A stretch of 53,048 nt of DNA from a virus (taxonomy: Duplodnaviria > Caudoviricetes), in the IMG/VR virus record IMGVR_UViG_3300024302_000014, positions 1-53,048 of that record; one strand, given 5' to 3'. The notes below the pieces were generated by a model that ran no database searches, had not been told where the DNA came from, and saw nothing but the letters and a program-made list of their open reading frames with translations. Shown here piece after piece: positions 29,401-38,341 of this stretch. A program made the translations under genes and the position numbers. Numbering within the stretch: the first letter of the stretch is position 1; each line of letters opens with the position of its first letter.

Positions 29401-32400
29401 CCGTATAAGCTGTTGTCCCCTTTTAGATTTTCTGCCATCCTGTCTATAGGGTCCAAGAAGGCTTCTTCCCACAAGTCTGCTGCGAAAGTAATGCTGTCTC
29501 TGAAGTCCTCCTGGAACTCCACAAATCTATAGTGCATTTCATCACTGAAAGCACTTCCTGCAGCAGAGGCGCTCTCTTTGCTAGTAAATACAGAGTCAGT
29601 TTTGTATACTTCTTTAGTTAGCTTGTGTTCGTCTTCGAAAGTATCTAAAATACGTTTACGATTTACTAAGAACAACTCCTGCTGCTCTAATTGTAGGGTG
29701 CTTAACTCTATCCCCGAAAGGGTCTTAGTGTTAAGGTCGTCCCCTGCCTTAACTATAGTATCCTTAACATTCTTTATCTTCTGTTCTATAGACAGGTACT
29801 TCTTCTGGTAAGAAGCTGTCTCTGCTAATTTCTTAATTGTAAGAGTATTAATACTGTTAAAGAACTCATACTCTTTTGAGGCAACGTCTAATGCTTTATC
29901 TGCCAAGGCACTCTCTGCCTCTCTCTGTGCGTTTAAATCAATATAAAGGCTTAGGTACTCTTTCTCTACTCGTAGCTTCTTCTGCTTTAAAGACACTATA
30001 GCTGCTTCTTTGGATAGAGAGTCCTGTAGCTCTTTGTTACCAGTTTCTTGTGCTAGTGAGTACTTTAACGATGTCTCCCACGCTGCTACTTCTAGCTTAT
30101 TTGTTCTATCTTGCAGATCGTACCTGGTCTTCTGGCTATCAGTATGCAGGACTCCGAAGTCGTAGATCTCTTTGTGTAGGTCCGCAGTAGCACTGTAGTG
30201 GCCAGTTTCTTTCGCCATCTTATTACTTTTAACTTCTACGGTCTCCCTCTCTTTAGCTAGACGTAAAATTTGCCCCTCTACCTTGTACTGTGCAAGGTAT
30301 AGGTCTAGTTTTTTGGTTAGACGTGCTTCTTCAAACTGCAGGAATATTTGGCGATCCTGAGTCTGCTGAGCACTAGGTTTTTTGCCTCCAGTTTCTGCAT
30401 AAAGTTTCTTCTTCCTGTTCTCAAAGTCAACTAAATCTTTTGCTGCTTTATTAGTATAGTCCTGGAAGGACTTAGTAGACCCGTGATTAGCTCTACTAAT
30501 TACGGCGTTCTCTTTTGAAACAGTCCCTGCAGCTTCTTGTGCTGCTAATAATGATCTGTCTAGCTCTAATTCTTTTGTCTTTATGTCTAAAGTGTTTTGG
30601 TACGCCCTGTAATTCTTATTTAAAAGTATGTTGCTAAGGCCATGTAACTTGGCTTGCTCTGCTTGTATCTTAGCCCCAGACTTAAGGATACCTAGTCTGA
30701 TCTCCTCTCTTTTTGCCTGGGACAGTTCCTTCGCAGGGTTTAGTAGAGATGCTTCAGCTAACTTCTTCTCGTGCTCTAGTTTTTTAATATTGGTGTTAAC
30801 CTGTGCGTCTTCGTGTGTCATTTTCTCAGAAACACTTTGAGCAGACTCAAAAGGAGCGTAAATTTTTGAAAGTCTCCCTTGTTTAGCGGCTAAGTCATTA
30901 AGAGCTGAGTACTCTGCTCTTAGTTTAAATAAAGCCATCTGCAAGGCTTCTACAGCTACTTTTGCCTCGTTGTGCGTCTCAGCACCTTCTAGAGCTATAG
31001 AAAGCTTGCTTCCCTTCAACATACTATCTACGTGTTTTGCTAGACCTACCCAAGACTCGGTAAACTGCTGTAGATTTAACTTAGACAGAATAGTTTTTAG
31101 TTCCTTAGAATCTTTTGCAGCGTCTAACGCAGGTTTCAGTTTTGTGAAGTCTCGAAGAAGGAAGTTATCCTTAGCTACAATATTATTCTGGCTATCAAAA
31201 GAACGCTTTATTAGCGCTTTAATATGCATAATATGCATGGCACCATTATTACTTTGGCTATATAGGTGCTCGGAGACCGCGTCTTTAATTATTTTTTTAG
31301 CCTCAGGGGTGTCTAAAGACGAAGCGGTGTCCCCCTTCAAGTTATACTTACTTTGGTAGTAAGAGGCGCCTTGTGATAACTCTACTTTCTTCTCTTCCTT
31401 AGGTGAGTATATACTATCAAAAGCAGACGCGGCGGCCTTCAAGTCCTTAGACATACGCTCAGTTAGCTCAGCAAACTTATCATAGGGGGTAGCCGAGAAT
31501 GCGGTTGTAACTTCAGACCAGGCCTTGCCCAGCTCTTTAGATACATCTTTCATGCTCTTCAAGGCAGCTTCTAGGTTCTTAAACTCAAGAGTACGCTTCT
31601 TAAGTGCCTTGTCTCCTTTCTGCAGGACTTTTAACATCTTCGCTTCACTACCAGACCAGAATCCAGTAGCGTCCTCTATGTCCTTAGTATCTGTACCCAA
31701 GTCTTGTAAGGTCATACCATGTTTGGCAGCTGCAAAGGTTAGAGCCTCGAGACTATCTCGTGCTGCGTCAAATTGAGTTTCAGAAAGACCTAAGGAAACT
31801 ATGTCCAGGACATCATCCCAAAAAGCTCCCCATCCAGTACCTAATTCTTGCCACTCTTGAAGTTTAGTAACGTTCTCTGACAGTGCATCAGACATACTAG
31901 AGTATGCGTTAGCTGCTAGAGAAGCTAGTCGTATCTGAGAGTTAATGCCTCCGTCCGCTTCTAGCATAGCACCTGCTACATTGTTAGCGGCAATAGCTTG
32001 AGTATCCATGACATTAACTAGACTCTCGGTAGAGTCTGCGTACTCGTCTGTGCTTATCTTAGAAAGCCCTAGTGCTTTCGAAGCAGAATCTAACATTGCA
32101 CCTATCATTGGCACTATAGCGAAGGCTGCTAAAGCTCCCATAGCTAAGCCCTTTATTGCGGAGCCAAAAGTATATAGGGCTAAAGTGGAGGTTTTTAAAC
32201 CCATCTGCAGGTGTAGTAGGCTCTTATCTACGAACCCGCCCTTTCCAAAACCTTTAAAGTTCTTTGCTGTGCGGTTCATCTCACGATCGAACGTCTTATG
32301 CATCTCGCTATACTCTGTAGAGATATTCTTACGCATCTTTCTATTTTCGTGTAGGAATGCTCGGGTCTTAGACACGCCCCTACCCGTCTGCTTATCTACC

Positions 32401-34457
32401 TGGGTCTTAGACTGTGATAGCTCAGAATCGGCGTAGTTAGCTACTGCCTTATGTTTTACTTTATTTAATGATTTTTGTGCCTTTACTGCTTCCCACTTAA
32501 GTTTAGTATTTCGGCTTAAAGATCTGTTTTCAGCGGCAACAAAACGTGCATTAGCGTCTCTGTCCATAAGACCTTCAGGAGCGAATTGACCCTGTGTAAA
32601 GCCTCCAAAGCTGGAGTTCCAGCTGGTTCTGCTATAATGGTTCTTTCCTTGGCTCATAGCGCGGGTTTTTTTTGCTGCGTTAAGCTTTTGCCCCATTAGT
32701 CTCTGGTACGCCTTCTCTTTGTTAGAGTACCCTTTTGCAAATTGTTCGCTATTCTCTGGAGTGCCTTTGCCTAGAATCTTACTCATAGGGTTTTTGAGAG
32801 TATTTTTAGCTAGGAAGCCTAGTAGGGTGGCAAAGGCTGCTACTAGCAGTTGAGGAACTGCCAGTATCCCATTAATAATTGGGGAGATGAGCGTATTAAT
32901 GCCCTCGCCTAAACGAAGACCCATCTCCATCATCTGGGCTTCTAGTCTACCAAAAGGGTTAGACTCTACTGATTTGCCCACATTACCAAACTTCTCTTCT
33001 GTTTGAGTAAGTACTTCGTTTAGTACTGCCTGAGATTTTTCGAATGTAGTCAATTCTTTTGCAGTCTTGCCTAACATTTCCGCATACTTTTTAGTGGCAG
33101 GCTCTAGTCTTAGAATGATACCTAATTCGTCTAGCACTTCTGGCTCCGCTTTTACTACACCACGTGTTAAGCGATCTAGTGCATCTCCCATGTCTCTACC
33201 TAGTGCAAGAGCTGCCATTTTTGCAGCCTCTCCCATCTTCTGAATTTGACCTGCATCAAACCCTGCAGCAGTTGCTAGCGTAGTGGTTTGGGCTGCTTGT
33301 TTAAAGTCTACCGTCATATCCACAGCTTTCTGTAGGTTCTTAGTGATATTAACTAAGTTAATATTCGTAGAGTTTCCGTATGCTTCCATACTACCTATAA
33401 GCACCGTCATGTCCCCTGCACTCTTTAAAGCACGAAATGCTGCACCAATTGCGAATACTTTCGCAGCGATGTCAGCATATACCCCTACTAAGGAGTTGGG
33501 AGCATCTACCCCGCCCTGATTCATTAAGGAGAAGCCTTTTGCCCCTCTATTAACATTTCCAGCTACAGCTCTATTCCTACCATAGTTACTTTTTTCAGGT
33601 GCCTTAGCTGTGTTAGTGCGCACTGCTTTAGAGTTTGAGGCAGTTGCACCTGTGTTTTTTTCAATAGCAATCTGTAAAGACTTAGAACTTTTTGCGGTAC
33701 CTTTTTGCGTGGTGTTTCTAAGTGTCCAGGCAGAGTCTGCCTTGCGGGCTTTTCGGACACTAGGGTCTTTATTTAGTTGTTCTTTCCACTGCTCCCGAGA
33801 AACGACTGCGCCATTAAGAAGGTACCCTTCCCCTTTATGAATCTGCTGTCTAGCGGCTTTACCTACGGCAACTTGCCTAAGTATTCTCGTTTTGGCAGCA
33901 GGACTTACTAGAGCACCTACTAGATCCGCTATGCCGCGGGTTAGCATTTCCATATTACGGTTTAACAGGTTCATCTGTCTGTTTTGCTTACTAAAAGTAG
34001 TATCCATCTTCCGGAAAATAGATTCCATCTGCTCAAAGGCTTTAATAGACGTCTGAACACCTACCTTAGTGTCTTTCTGAAGCCCTGCGCCTGCAGCTAT
34101 GCCTAAGTTACTTCCTAAGTTGGCTCCTTGTGTAGTAGTACGTGTAGTACCTCGGCCTGTAACTCTAGCACGTAGATTGATGCCTCTTTTCTCTAGTAGT
34201 TTGATCTGACTAAGCATAGAACTACGGAATAGGGTCTTATTTATGGTAGCATTAACCTTAAGGGCACTCGTGCCTCCAGTCTTACTAATAATAGCAAGAG
34301 CTTGGGATATACTAGACTTTAGATGCGTTCGGTTAACCTCAAGTTTTACCTTTTTGGTCCCTTTCGCCATAGTATTTAACTGTTTAAGGTCCTTTAGTAC
34401 GGGTTTTAGCCCGCTACTGGTTACTTTAACTACTACTTTTTTCTGTTTATCAGCCAC
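26427..34457 (-). CDS. Tail tape measure protein (T5 pb2-like N-half) with modular C-terminal region
   Basis: 2676 aa, mostly helical; T5-like LGRDMGDALDRLTRGVVKAEPEVLDELGIILRL; hydrophobic segments; C-terminal FANGG and EKRPGGIL motifs; follows the tail chaperones. Confidence 0.9.
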   Translation of the reverse strand: MADKQKKVVVKVTSSGLKPVLKDLKQLNTMAKGTKKVKLEVNRTHLKSSISQALAIISKTGGTSALKVNATINKTLFRSSMLSQIKLLEKRGINLRARVTGRGTTRTTTQGANLGSNLGIAAGAGLQKDTKVGVQTSIKAFEQMESIFRKMDTTFSKQNRQMNLLNRNMEMLTRGIADLVGALVSPAAKTRILRQVAVGKAARQQIHKGEGYLLNGAVVSREQWKEQLNKDPSVRKARKADSAWTLRNTTQKGTAKSSKSLQIAIEKNTGATASNSKAVRTNTAKAPEKSNYGRNRAVAGNVNRGAKGFSLMNQGGVDAPNSLVGVYADIAAKVFAIGAAFRALKSAGDMTVLIGSMEAYGNSTNINLVNITKNLQKAVDMTVDFKQAAQTTTLATAAGFDAGQIQKMGEAAKMAALALGRDMGDALDRLTRGVVKAEPEVLDELGIILRLEPATKKYAEMLGKTAKELTTFEKSQAVLNEVLTQTEEKFGNVGKSVESNPFGRLEAQMMEMGLRLGEGINTLISPIINGILAVPQLLVAAFATLLGFLAKNTLKNPMSKILGKGTPENSEQFAKGYSNKEKAYQRLMGQKLNAAKKTRAMSQGKNHYSRTSWNSSFGGFTQGQFAPEGLMDRDANARFVAAENRSLSRNTKLKWEAVKAQKSLNKVKHKAVANYADSELSQSKTQVDKQTGRGVSKTRAFLHENRKMRKNISTEYSEMHKTFDREMNRTAKNFKGFGKGGFVDKSLLHLQMGLKTSTLALYTFGSAIKGLAMGALAAFAIVPMIGAMLDSASKALGLSKISTDEYADSTESLVNVMDTQAIAANNVAGAMLEADGGINSQIRLASLAANAYSSMSDALSENVTKLQEWQELGTGWGAFWDDVLDIVSLGLSETQFDAARDSLEALTFAAAKHGMTLQDLGTDTKDIEDATGFWSGSEAKMLKVLQKGDKALKKRTLEFKNLEAALKSMKDVSKELGKAWSEVTTAFSATPYDKFAELTERMSKDLKAAASAFDSIYSPKEEKKVELSQGASYYQSKYNLKGDTASSLDTPEAKKIIKDAVSEHLYSQSNNGAMHIMHIKALIKRSFDSQNNIVAKDNFLLRDFTKLKPALDAAKDSKELKTILSKLNLQQFTESWVGLAKHVDSMLKGSKLSIALEGAETHNEAKVAVEALQMALFKLRAEYSALNDLAAKQGRLSKIYAPFESAQSVSEKMTHEDAQVNTNIKKLEHEKKLAEASLLNPAKELSQAKREEIRLGILKSGAKIQAEQAKLHGLSNILLNKNYRAYQNTLDIKTKELELDRSLLAAQEAAGTVSKENAVISRANHGSTKSFQDYTNKAAKDLVDFENRKKKLYAETGGKKPSAQQTQDRQIFLQFEEARLTKKLDLYLAQYKVEGQILRLAKERETVEVKSNKMAKETGHYSATADLHKEIYDFGVLHTDSQKTRYDLQDRTNKLEVAAWETSLKYSLAQETGNKELQDSLSKEAAIVSLKQKKLRVEKEYLSLYIDLNAQREAESALADKALDVASKEYEFFNSINTLTIKKLAETASYQKKYLSIEQKIKNVKDTIVKAGDDLNTKTLSGIELSTLQLEQQELFLVNRKRILDTFEDEHKLTKEVYKTDSVFTSKESASAAGSAFSDEMHYRFVEFQEDFRDSITFAADLWEEAFLDPIDRMAENLKGDNSLYGEDGYNEFWNDTWRGLGDQLIDQGASEIKQAMLSDFEKDKLAKAEAIAAEQLYRAKESAKSLVTTASLLASIDHRLSPQVSGSITNTITAIADLANPFKTLGMEVLALSNKFKELTTGAGVTSTLGDKANKVPNTFAAGGHIAGPGGPKEDKIPAWLSNGEYVINAAATKKHQGLIEAINEDRVPRFSEGGPTGKYNMRSAKAIFDGRFSKGVTMQHYPADKWRAGEVSGTKNGVKGSLTYTLDKTGTKVTSISMNAPKGGPNSLQLLNKLLNTNPNISQIDPLETSTGSKFADKKGYGINKRVNGGTQALNSWKSMAALHGVNVLETIGEQEARGAFGKPKATQSSLFKSNQGFDQKWLKGAGHQPGLPGVDSKNVYSDKWKKQFVKDLANVNRGTGQLDLFPQGQLPFKGAGIPRSSGPSMRANAARFGKSFLKWGLGPAGIGLSIAELIDWYMESNEEQQSVMDSVPTKGINPITMKKFSNGGKAANENYKNTWGIDKDANKANQDYWTNFGLGASAAKFAEFLMNSKGMGKGWLPNGMFESAFGSKGSTGAWWKAGKMPFGLQGSFMGAKPTMGGTVGLVGLAGWGGFELGRLLSPDADKYWTEEAENGYSKTKGMFGFANGGLASRGRNGDTELAHVNKSEKALLRALGGSATRNPSTGLVEYAGGDPEAYISPDKAAIFKDLYTAAEAQVRYLSEDAATTKLLIGIGEDGKISEAEKLTISADSYRTLNSILTSIEAQATSRAELLGDASRNGFSKEDAEKYAADNSAAGTDFLNRQAKDNEAAGDKRARDWKMNNSDFGKLTHQFGIEMTQINSIAAGSMKMALGEALRTGKFEWKTMLSSIAFSIGNVLMSKAVDTGVDLLVGAMFANGGVAAGGFKAFANGGLVNKPTLGLVGEGKHNEAIVPLPDGKSIPVIQNTPPGGSGGEVYNNVAVTINMEQGTAKAESSSSKDNGGDIEALGDMIAGQVQQVLMEEKRPGGILSEI

Positions 34458-34782
34458 TATATGATACCTTATTAGGATTCGCTTTTTTATCGCGCTCCTT
34501 GGCCGTTCTCTCAGCCTTTTTAGTCAGTATGCCCGAACGGACATTGTCAATCATTTTTATAAATTGGAGGGTTATTTTCTTATCTAGTACTTCTTCTATA
34601 TCACAAAAGTCCGAGAAGGGACCTAAGTCTTTACCCATGTAAGTACCGGACATGCCTTCCCATTTATCCCCTAAAAGGTTGTAAATGTTAAAAGCATCTT
34701 GAACTTCATAAGGAAAATCCTCCATAGTAGGAGGTATATCTTCCTCATCGGGCTCAGTGCCTAACTGTTCGTGGATTCGCAT
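34450..34782 (-). CDS. Tail assembly chaperone C-terminal part (T-like), probably expressed as a -1 frameshift fusion
   Basis: Frame is open upstream to the slippery site at 34866-34872; T5 p138-like position. Confidence 0.75.
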   Translation of the reverse strand: MRIHEQLGTEPDEEDIPPTMEDFPYEVQDAFNIYNLLGDKWEGMSGTYMGKDLGPFSDFCDIEEVLDKKITLQFIKMIDNVRSGILTKKAERTAKERDKKANPNKVSYSG

Positions 34783-34850
34783 TATACTATCTAAATTGAA
34801 TCCTTGTTCTTGGAACTTGAACAGTTTGTTAACTAAGTCCTCTACAGCTT

Positions 34851-35291
34851 CTAGCTGTTCTTCGTAAAATTTTGCAGGTCACCTACAGTCTCAGCTACGA
34901 AGTTATCAAAGTCTGGAGAATTCTTCATTAGTGTGTATGCATTATCTTCTGAGTAATCCATCATAGACTCCCCATCTACACCCTCTAATTCTACAAGTAA
35001 GAAATCACCTAAATACTTATACTTAAATCCTGTCCAGCCTTTTACTACTGCTGCTACGTATAATTGTAAGAATAAATCATCATCTACTTCTTCAATTGGT
35101 TGACGCGTTTTACGGTCAAACTTAGTTGTAGAAGACTTCTTACGTAACTTTAGTAGCTCATCACGACCTAAGAATGTTAGTTTAAGTTTAAAATCTTTGT
35201 ATCCTGGGAATTCTACTTCCGTAGTCTTACTTGGAGTCATAAGTGACTCTAGGCTTGGCTTGATAATCGGGGTTGCGGGGGCGTTTGCCAT
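34851..35291 (-). CDS. Tail assembly chaperone (G-like, T5 p139-like)
   Basis: Between tail tube and tape measure; EVEFPGY..FKLKL...VKGWTG. Confidence 0.85.
   Translation of the reverse strand: MANAPATPIIKPSLESLMTPSKTTEVEFPGYKDFKLKLTFLGRDELLKLRKKSSTTKFDRKTRQPIEEVDDDLFLQLYVAAVVKGWTGFKYKYLGDFLLVELEGVDGESMMDYSEDNAYTLMKNSPDFDNFVAETVGDLQNFTKNS
34866..34872 (-). other. Programmed -1 ribosomal frameshift site A AAT TTT
   Basis: In-frame X XXY YYZ heptamer in CAA AAT TTT ACG; the -1 frame reads YEEQLEAVEDLVNKLFKFQEQGFNLDSI-MRIHEQ without a stop. Confidence 0.8.
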
Positions 35292-35356
35292 GTGTGTTTC
35301 TCCGTTGTTAATAATAAATTGGTTTTACATAAAAATAACACCTGTTATCCTTATGG

Positions 35357-35386
35357 AAAACCACCTGCGCCGAAGCACAGGTAGTT
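35357..35386 (-). terminator. Terminator or attenuator hairpin after the tail tube gene
   Basis: Minus strand ACTACCTGTGC-TTCG-GCGCAGGTGGT followed by TTT (C-UUCG-G tetraloop). Confidence 0.75.
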
Positions 35387-35401
35387 CAAAGATTTACAGT
35401 T

Positions 35402-36532
35402 CTATGTGATAGAGTTGTAGTATGCTACAGTCATCTCATTGTCTGAACCAATCTCGTAGTCTCCAGCACCATTAGTACCTTGTGCACTAAATGAAATAGT
35501 GGTGGCAATAACGTCCTGAACGTCTACTGTTGGAATCTGTAACTGACAAGCTGGAATGTCGAAAGTAACTGAAGGAGTACCCTTCGCACCTGTTCCACCC
35601 ATAATCATGCTCAATGCATGATAGTTCTCAGTTTCAGTAAATGCAGCCATATCATCAAATAGATCGCCAGTGTCGTTTGCACCCGCAGTACCTGTTTTCA
35701 AGTAAGCATTTAAAGTTCCACTGATAGTACGAGAACCAGTAAATGAACCAATAGGCTCGTTACGTACACCCAACTCTTCTGGAGTTAAGTATGTGATTCC
35801 GTTATCAATAGAAATAGACCCGCCTGTTAGAGCTAGAGTATAAGTCTTTGCTGTGTGACCCGCAATCCCTGCTTTTGCAGTTCTAGCTAAAGTAACAGTT
35901 GACAACTTGTTACGGATGAAGTCTGCTGAAGTAGGTACTGCCATGTAGTCAGTTCCTGCAGTCCACGAACCTTTAGTAGCAGTGAAGTCTGTAATCACGT
36001 TAGCGAATCCAGACCAAGTTGCTTGTGCAATTCCATCAATACTAAAGTCAATCTCTACAGAGTTAACAGTAGCATCAGATAGATGGTACACAGTACTATC
36101 CATTACGAAGTACAATTGCATCTTCATAGCTTCCGCAATATTAGATGTAGAAGTAGAGACACTCATTGTATCTTTCGTACCGTGTACACCTTCATCAGCG
36201 TCTGCTAGTGCATCACCCCAAAGGCCTGCCCATAAGATACGCTCGCCAGATGAGTTAACATCGTCAGTGCCATCATTACGTTGGAAAGGACGTACGTAAG
36301 TTGTGAACGACCAGTCTACTGGTGCTAAACTATCATTGAAAGAACGGTGTCCACGTTGTGGAGCTGTTCCTGCTTCATTTAAAGTAATGTCTGTTGCGTT
36401 TGTAGCCTGTGAAAAGCTATACCCGTCTAAAACATTAAGTTCAAAAGTATTAGCTGTTGCTGCGGCACCCGACCAACCGGATGATACAGTAGATGCTAAT
36501 ACTTTGGTATTACGACTAAGATTTAAAGCCAT
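35402..36532 (-). CDS. Major tail tube protein (T5 pb6-like)
   Basis: LSRNTKV..ST...DITLNEAG..PQRG.RSFNDSL...WSFTTYVRPF matches the pb6 N-terminus; 376 aa, shorter than pb6 (464 aa), apparently without the C-terminal Ig domain. Confidence 0.9.
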   Translation of the reverse strand: MALNLSRNTKVLASTVSSGWSGAAATANTFELNVLDGYSFSQATNATDITLNEAGTAPQRGHRSFNDSLAPVDWSFTTYVRPFQRNDGTDDVNSSGERILWAGLWGDALADADEGVHGTKDTMSVSTSTSNIAEAMKMQLYFVMDSTVYHLSDATVNSVEIDFSIDGIAQATWSGFANVITDFTATKGSWTAGTDYMAVPTSADFIRNKLSTVTLARTAKAGIAGHTAKTYTLALTGGSISIDNGITYLTPEELGVRNEPIGSFTGSRTISGTLNAYLKTGTAGANDTGDLFDDMAAFTETENYHALSMIMGGTGAKGTPSVTFDIPACQLQIPTVDVQDVIATTISFSAQGTNGAGDYEIGSDNEMTVAYYNSIT

Positions 36533-36605
36533 TTTTATTTACCTCTTATATACTTTGAGCTGTGGTATGTTGATCGCTATTGTCGTCTCACCCACTTAGC
36601 TCAGT

Positions 36606-37046
36606 TTAAGGACTTACTTCGTATAACACTTCTAAAGTTAGTTCTCCTACTCCATAGGGAGCAAGTAACCCTTCGTCAGTGGAAATAGAGTTAAGCCGTA
36701 TTTCCTGAGTAACCTTACCTGTATCATAGGTTAACTCATTATTATCGTCGATAACGCGTTCGATATCAACTAATAATTTCTCTAGTTCTATTACGGGCTC
36801 TTCTTGCTGTACGTAACATCTGATTGTTACTGCAAGATGCCCCCATTTAAAACCGCCAGGGAGATAATCCCTAAATTCGTTGCCAGCTACTACGCTGACG
36901 GAAGGAAAGTCAAATACTTCGTCCCAGAACTCTAACTTATTAGTAACGTTACTGTTAACGTCTATGTTATAAGGACTGGAACCATTGATTCCTTTTAATT
37001 TTGCTACTAGTGCGTCTACTATCGCTCCACGGGCTTTACCTGCCAT
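36606..37046 (-). CDS. Tail terminator (T5 p142-like)
   Basis: KLEFWDEV.DFPSVSV..G.E.R.YLP...SISTDEGLLAPYGVGE; immediately upstream of the tube gene. Confidence 0.85.
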   Translation of the reverse strand: MAGKARGAIVDALVAKLKGINGSSPYNIDVNSNVTNKLEFWDEVFDFPSVSVVAGNEFRDYLPGGFKWGHLAVTIRCYVQQEEPVIELEKLLVDIERVIDDNNELTYDTGKVTQEIRLNSISTDEGLLAPYGVGELTLEVLYEVSP

Positions 37047-38341
37047 TACATTCTCCTAGTTCTTAAATCAAACTTGTTGTGTATGTACATCTCTGCTACT
37101 TCACGTATTGATTTATCAATTAATCTTCTAGGGTCTCTGAATTCGTTTCCCTGCTTATAGCCTCTTTCGAAAGTTTGGTAAGGTCTTTTCATGTACTCAT
37201 AAAAAGCGGTAACTTGGCCCTCTCTCGTAAAGCTCATTTGAGTAACCTTAACACTTGAAGCAAGTCTCCCACTTCTGTAAACTAGTGCAGGGGCCTTCAT
37301 GTTCTGCTTCAGTTGACCGTGTAGTAACGCATTGATCATACTGGTCACGTTTACTAATGAAGTAAATCGACCTCGTGGATCTTGAAGCCTTTGTGTTGTG
37401 GCCACCTTCTTAGCTGCACTCTTAGCTGCCATGCTCTTGGATTTAATAGAAGCTAAAGTAGGTACGACTAACCTCTTTTTTGCTTTCTTCCTAGATACCT
37501 TTTTTGAGGCTTTGGAGGTAGAAGGGGTTTTCTTTGAGTCAAACCCATCTAGTGCTTTATCTATTGAAGTATCTACGTACTTTAAAACAGAAGGACTGGC
37601 TTTAGTGTTCCCCCAATTCTCATCATTTGCGATAGCTAATACTGCTTTCTCAAGTGCTACTTTAAACTGTTCGTTCCCTTTTCTCTCTGCCGCAGCCAGC
37701 GTACCTTTATTATCTTTAGCTAGCTGTAAGTCTACGTATAGAACAAAAGCTTTTTTTATGTTACCTGCAGTAGTGAAAGTGGTAGATGCCTGTGTCTTAA
37801 TAGTAACACTATCTAAATCCAGCTTTGTACCTGCTGCAGACTGTAAAAATACTGCATCTAAGGCATTTTCTGCTACTTGATACTTTGCTGCAAACTTCTG
37901 CCACTCTTTGTAGGCCAGTAGAGTTCTGTACTCTACTGCCGCTAATACTGTATCGGACCCGTGCCCTATATTAAAAGCAGTGGAAAACTTAGGCGCACCC
38001 TCTCCTAGTATATTTACAAAATCAGGGTCTGTTGCTAGCCCAGCTTTCCACTTGCTTAGCACACCATAGCTTTTTGCACTATAATAGTTATATGCTCCAG
38101 AGGAAGTACGTGTATCTTTGAACTTAGTATTTAGCGAGTTAACTACCATAGTAGCTGCTTTAGAAGCAGAAGCTCTGTCTAAGTCATACACCCCTTTATC
38201 CATAAAGTGTGTAATTAAAGATGCATGCCCTACTCGAAAGCTATGGCTAACACCGCCCTTTTGTAGCTTTGGCTCTCTTAGGTCAGTACTTAATCTTCTT
38301 GTTATTCTTTTTACTAATAATTCTAGAGATTTTTGAGACAC
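37046..38341 (-). CDS. Tail completion or neck protein (T5 p143-like)
   Basis: C-terminal GRF.S...LVYRSGRLASSVKV...YMKRPYQTFE...RDPRRLIDKSIREVA; T5 gene order. Confidence 0.75.
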   Translation of the reverse strand: MSQKSLELLVKRITRRLSTDLREPKLQKGGVSHSFRVGHASLITHFMDKGVYDLDRASASKAATMVVNSLNTKFKDTRTSSGAYNYYSAKSYGVLSKWKAGLATDPDFVNILGEGAPKFSTAFNIGHGSDTVLAAVEYRTLLAYKEWQKFAAKYQVAENALDAVFLQSAAGTKLDLDSVTIKTQASTTFTTAGNIKKAFVLYVDLQLAKDNKGTLAAAERKGNEQFKVALEKAVLAIANDENWGNTKASPSVLKYVDTSIDKALDGFDSKKTPSTSKASKKVSRKKAKKRLVVPTLASIKSKSMAAKSAAKKVATTQRLQDPRGRFTSLVNVTSMINALLHGQLKQNMKAPALVYRSGRLASSVKVTQMSFTREGQVTAFYEYMKRPYQTFERGYKQGNEFRDPRRLIDKSIREVAEMYIHNKFDLRTRRM

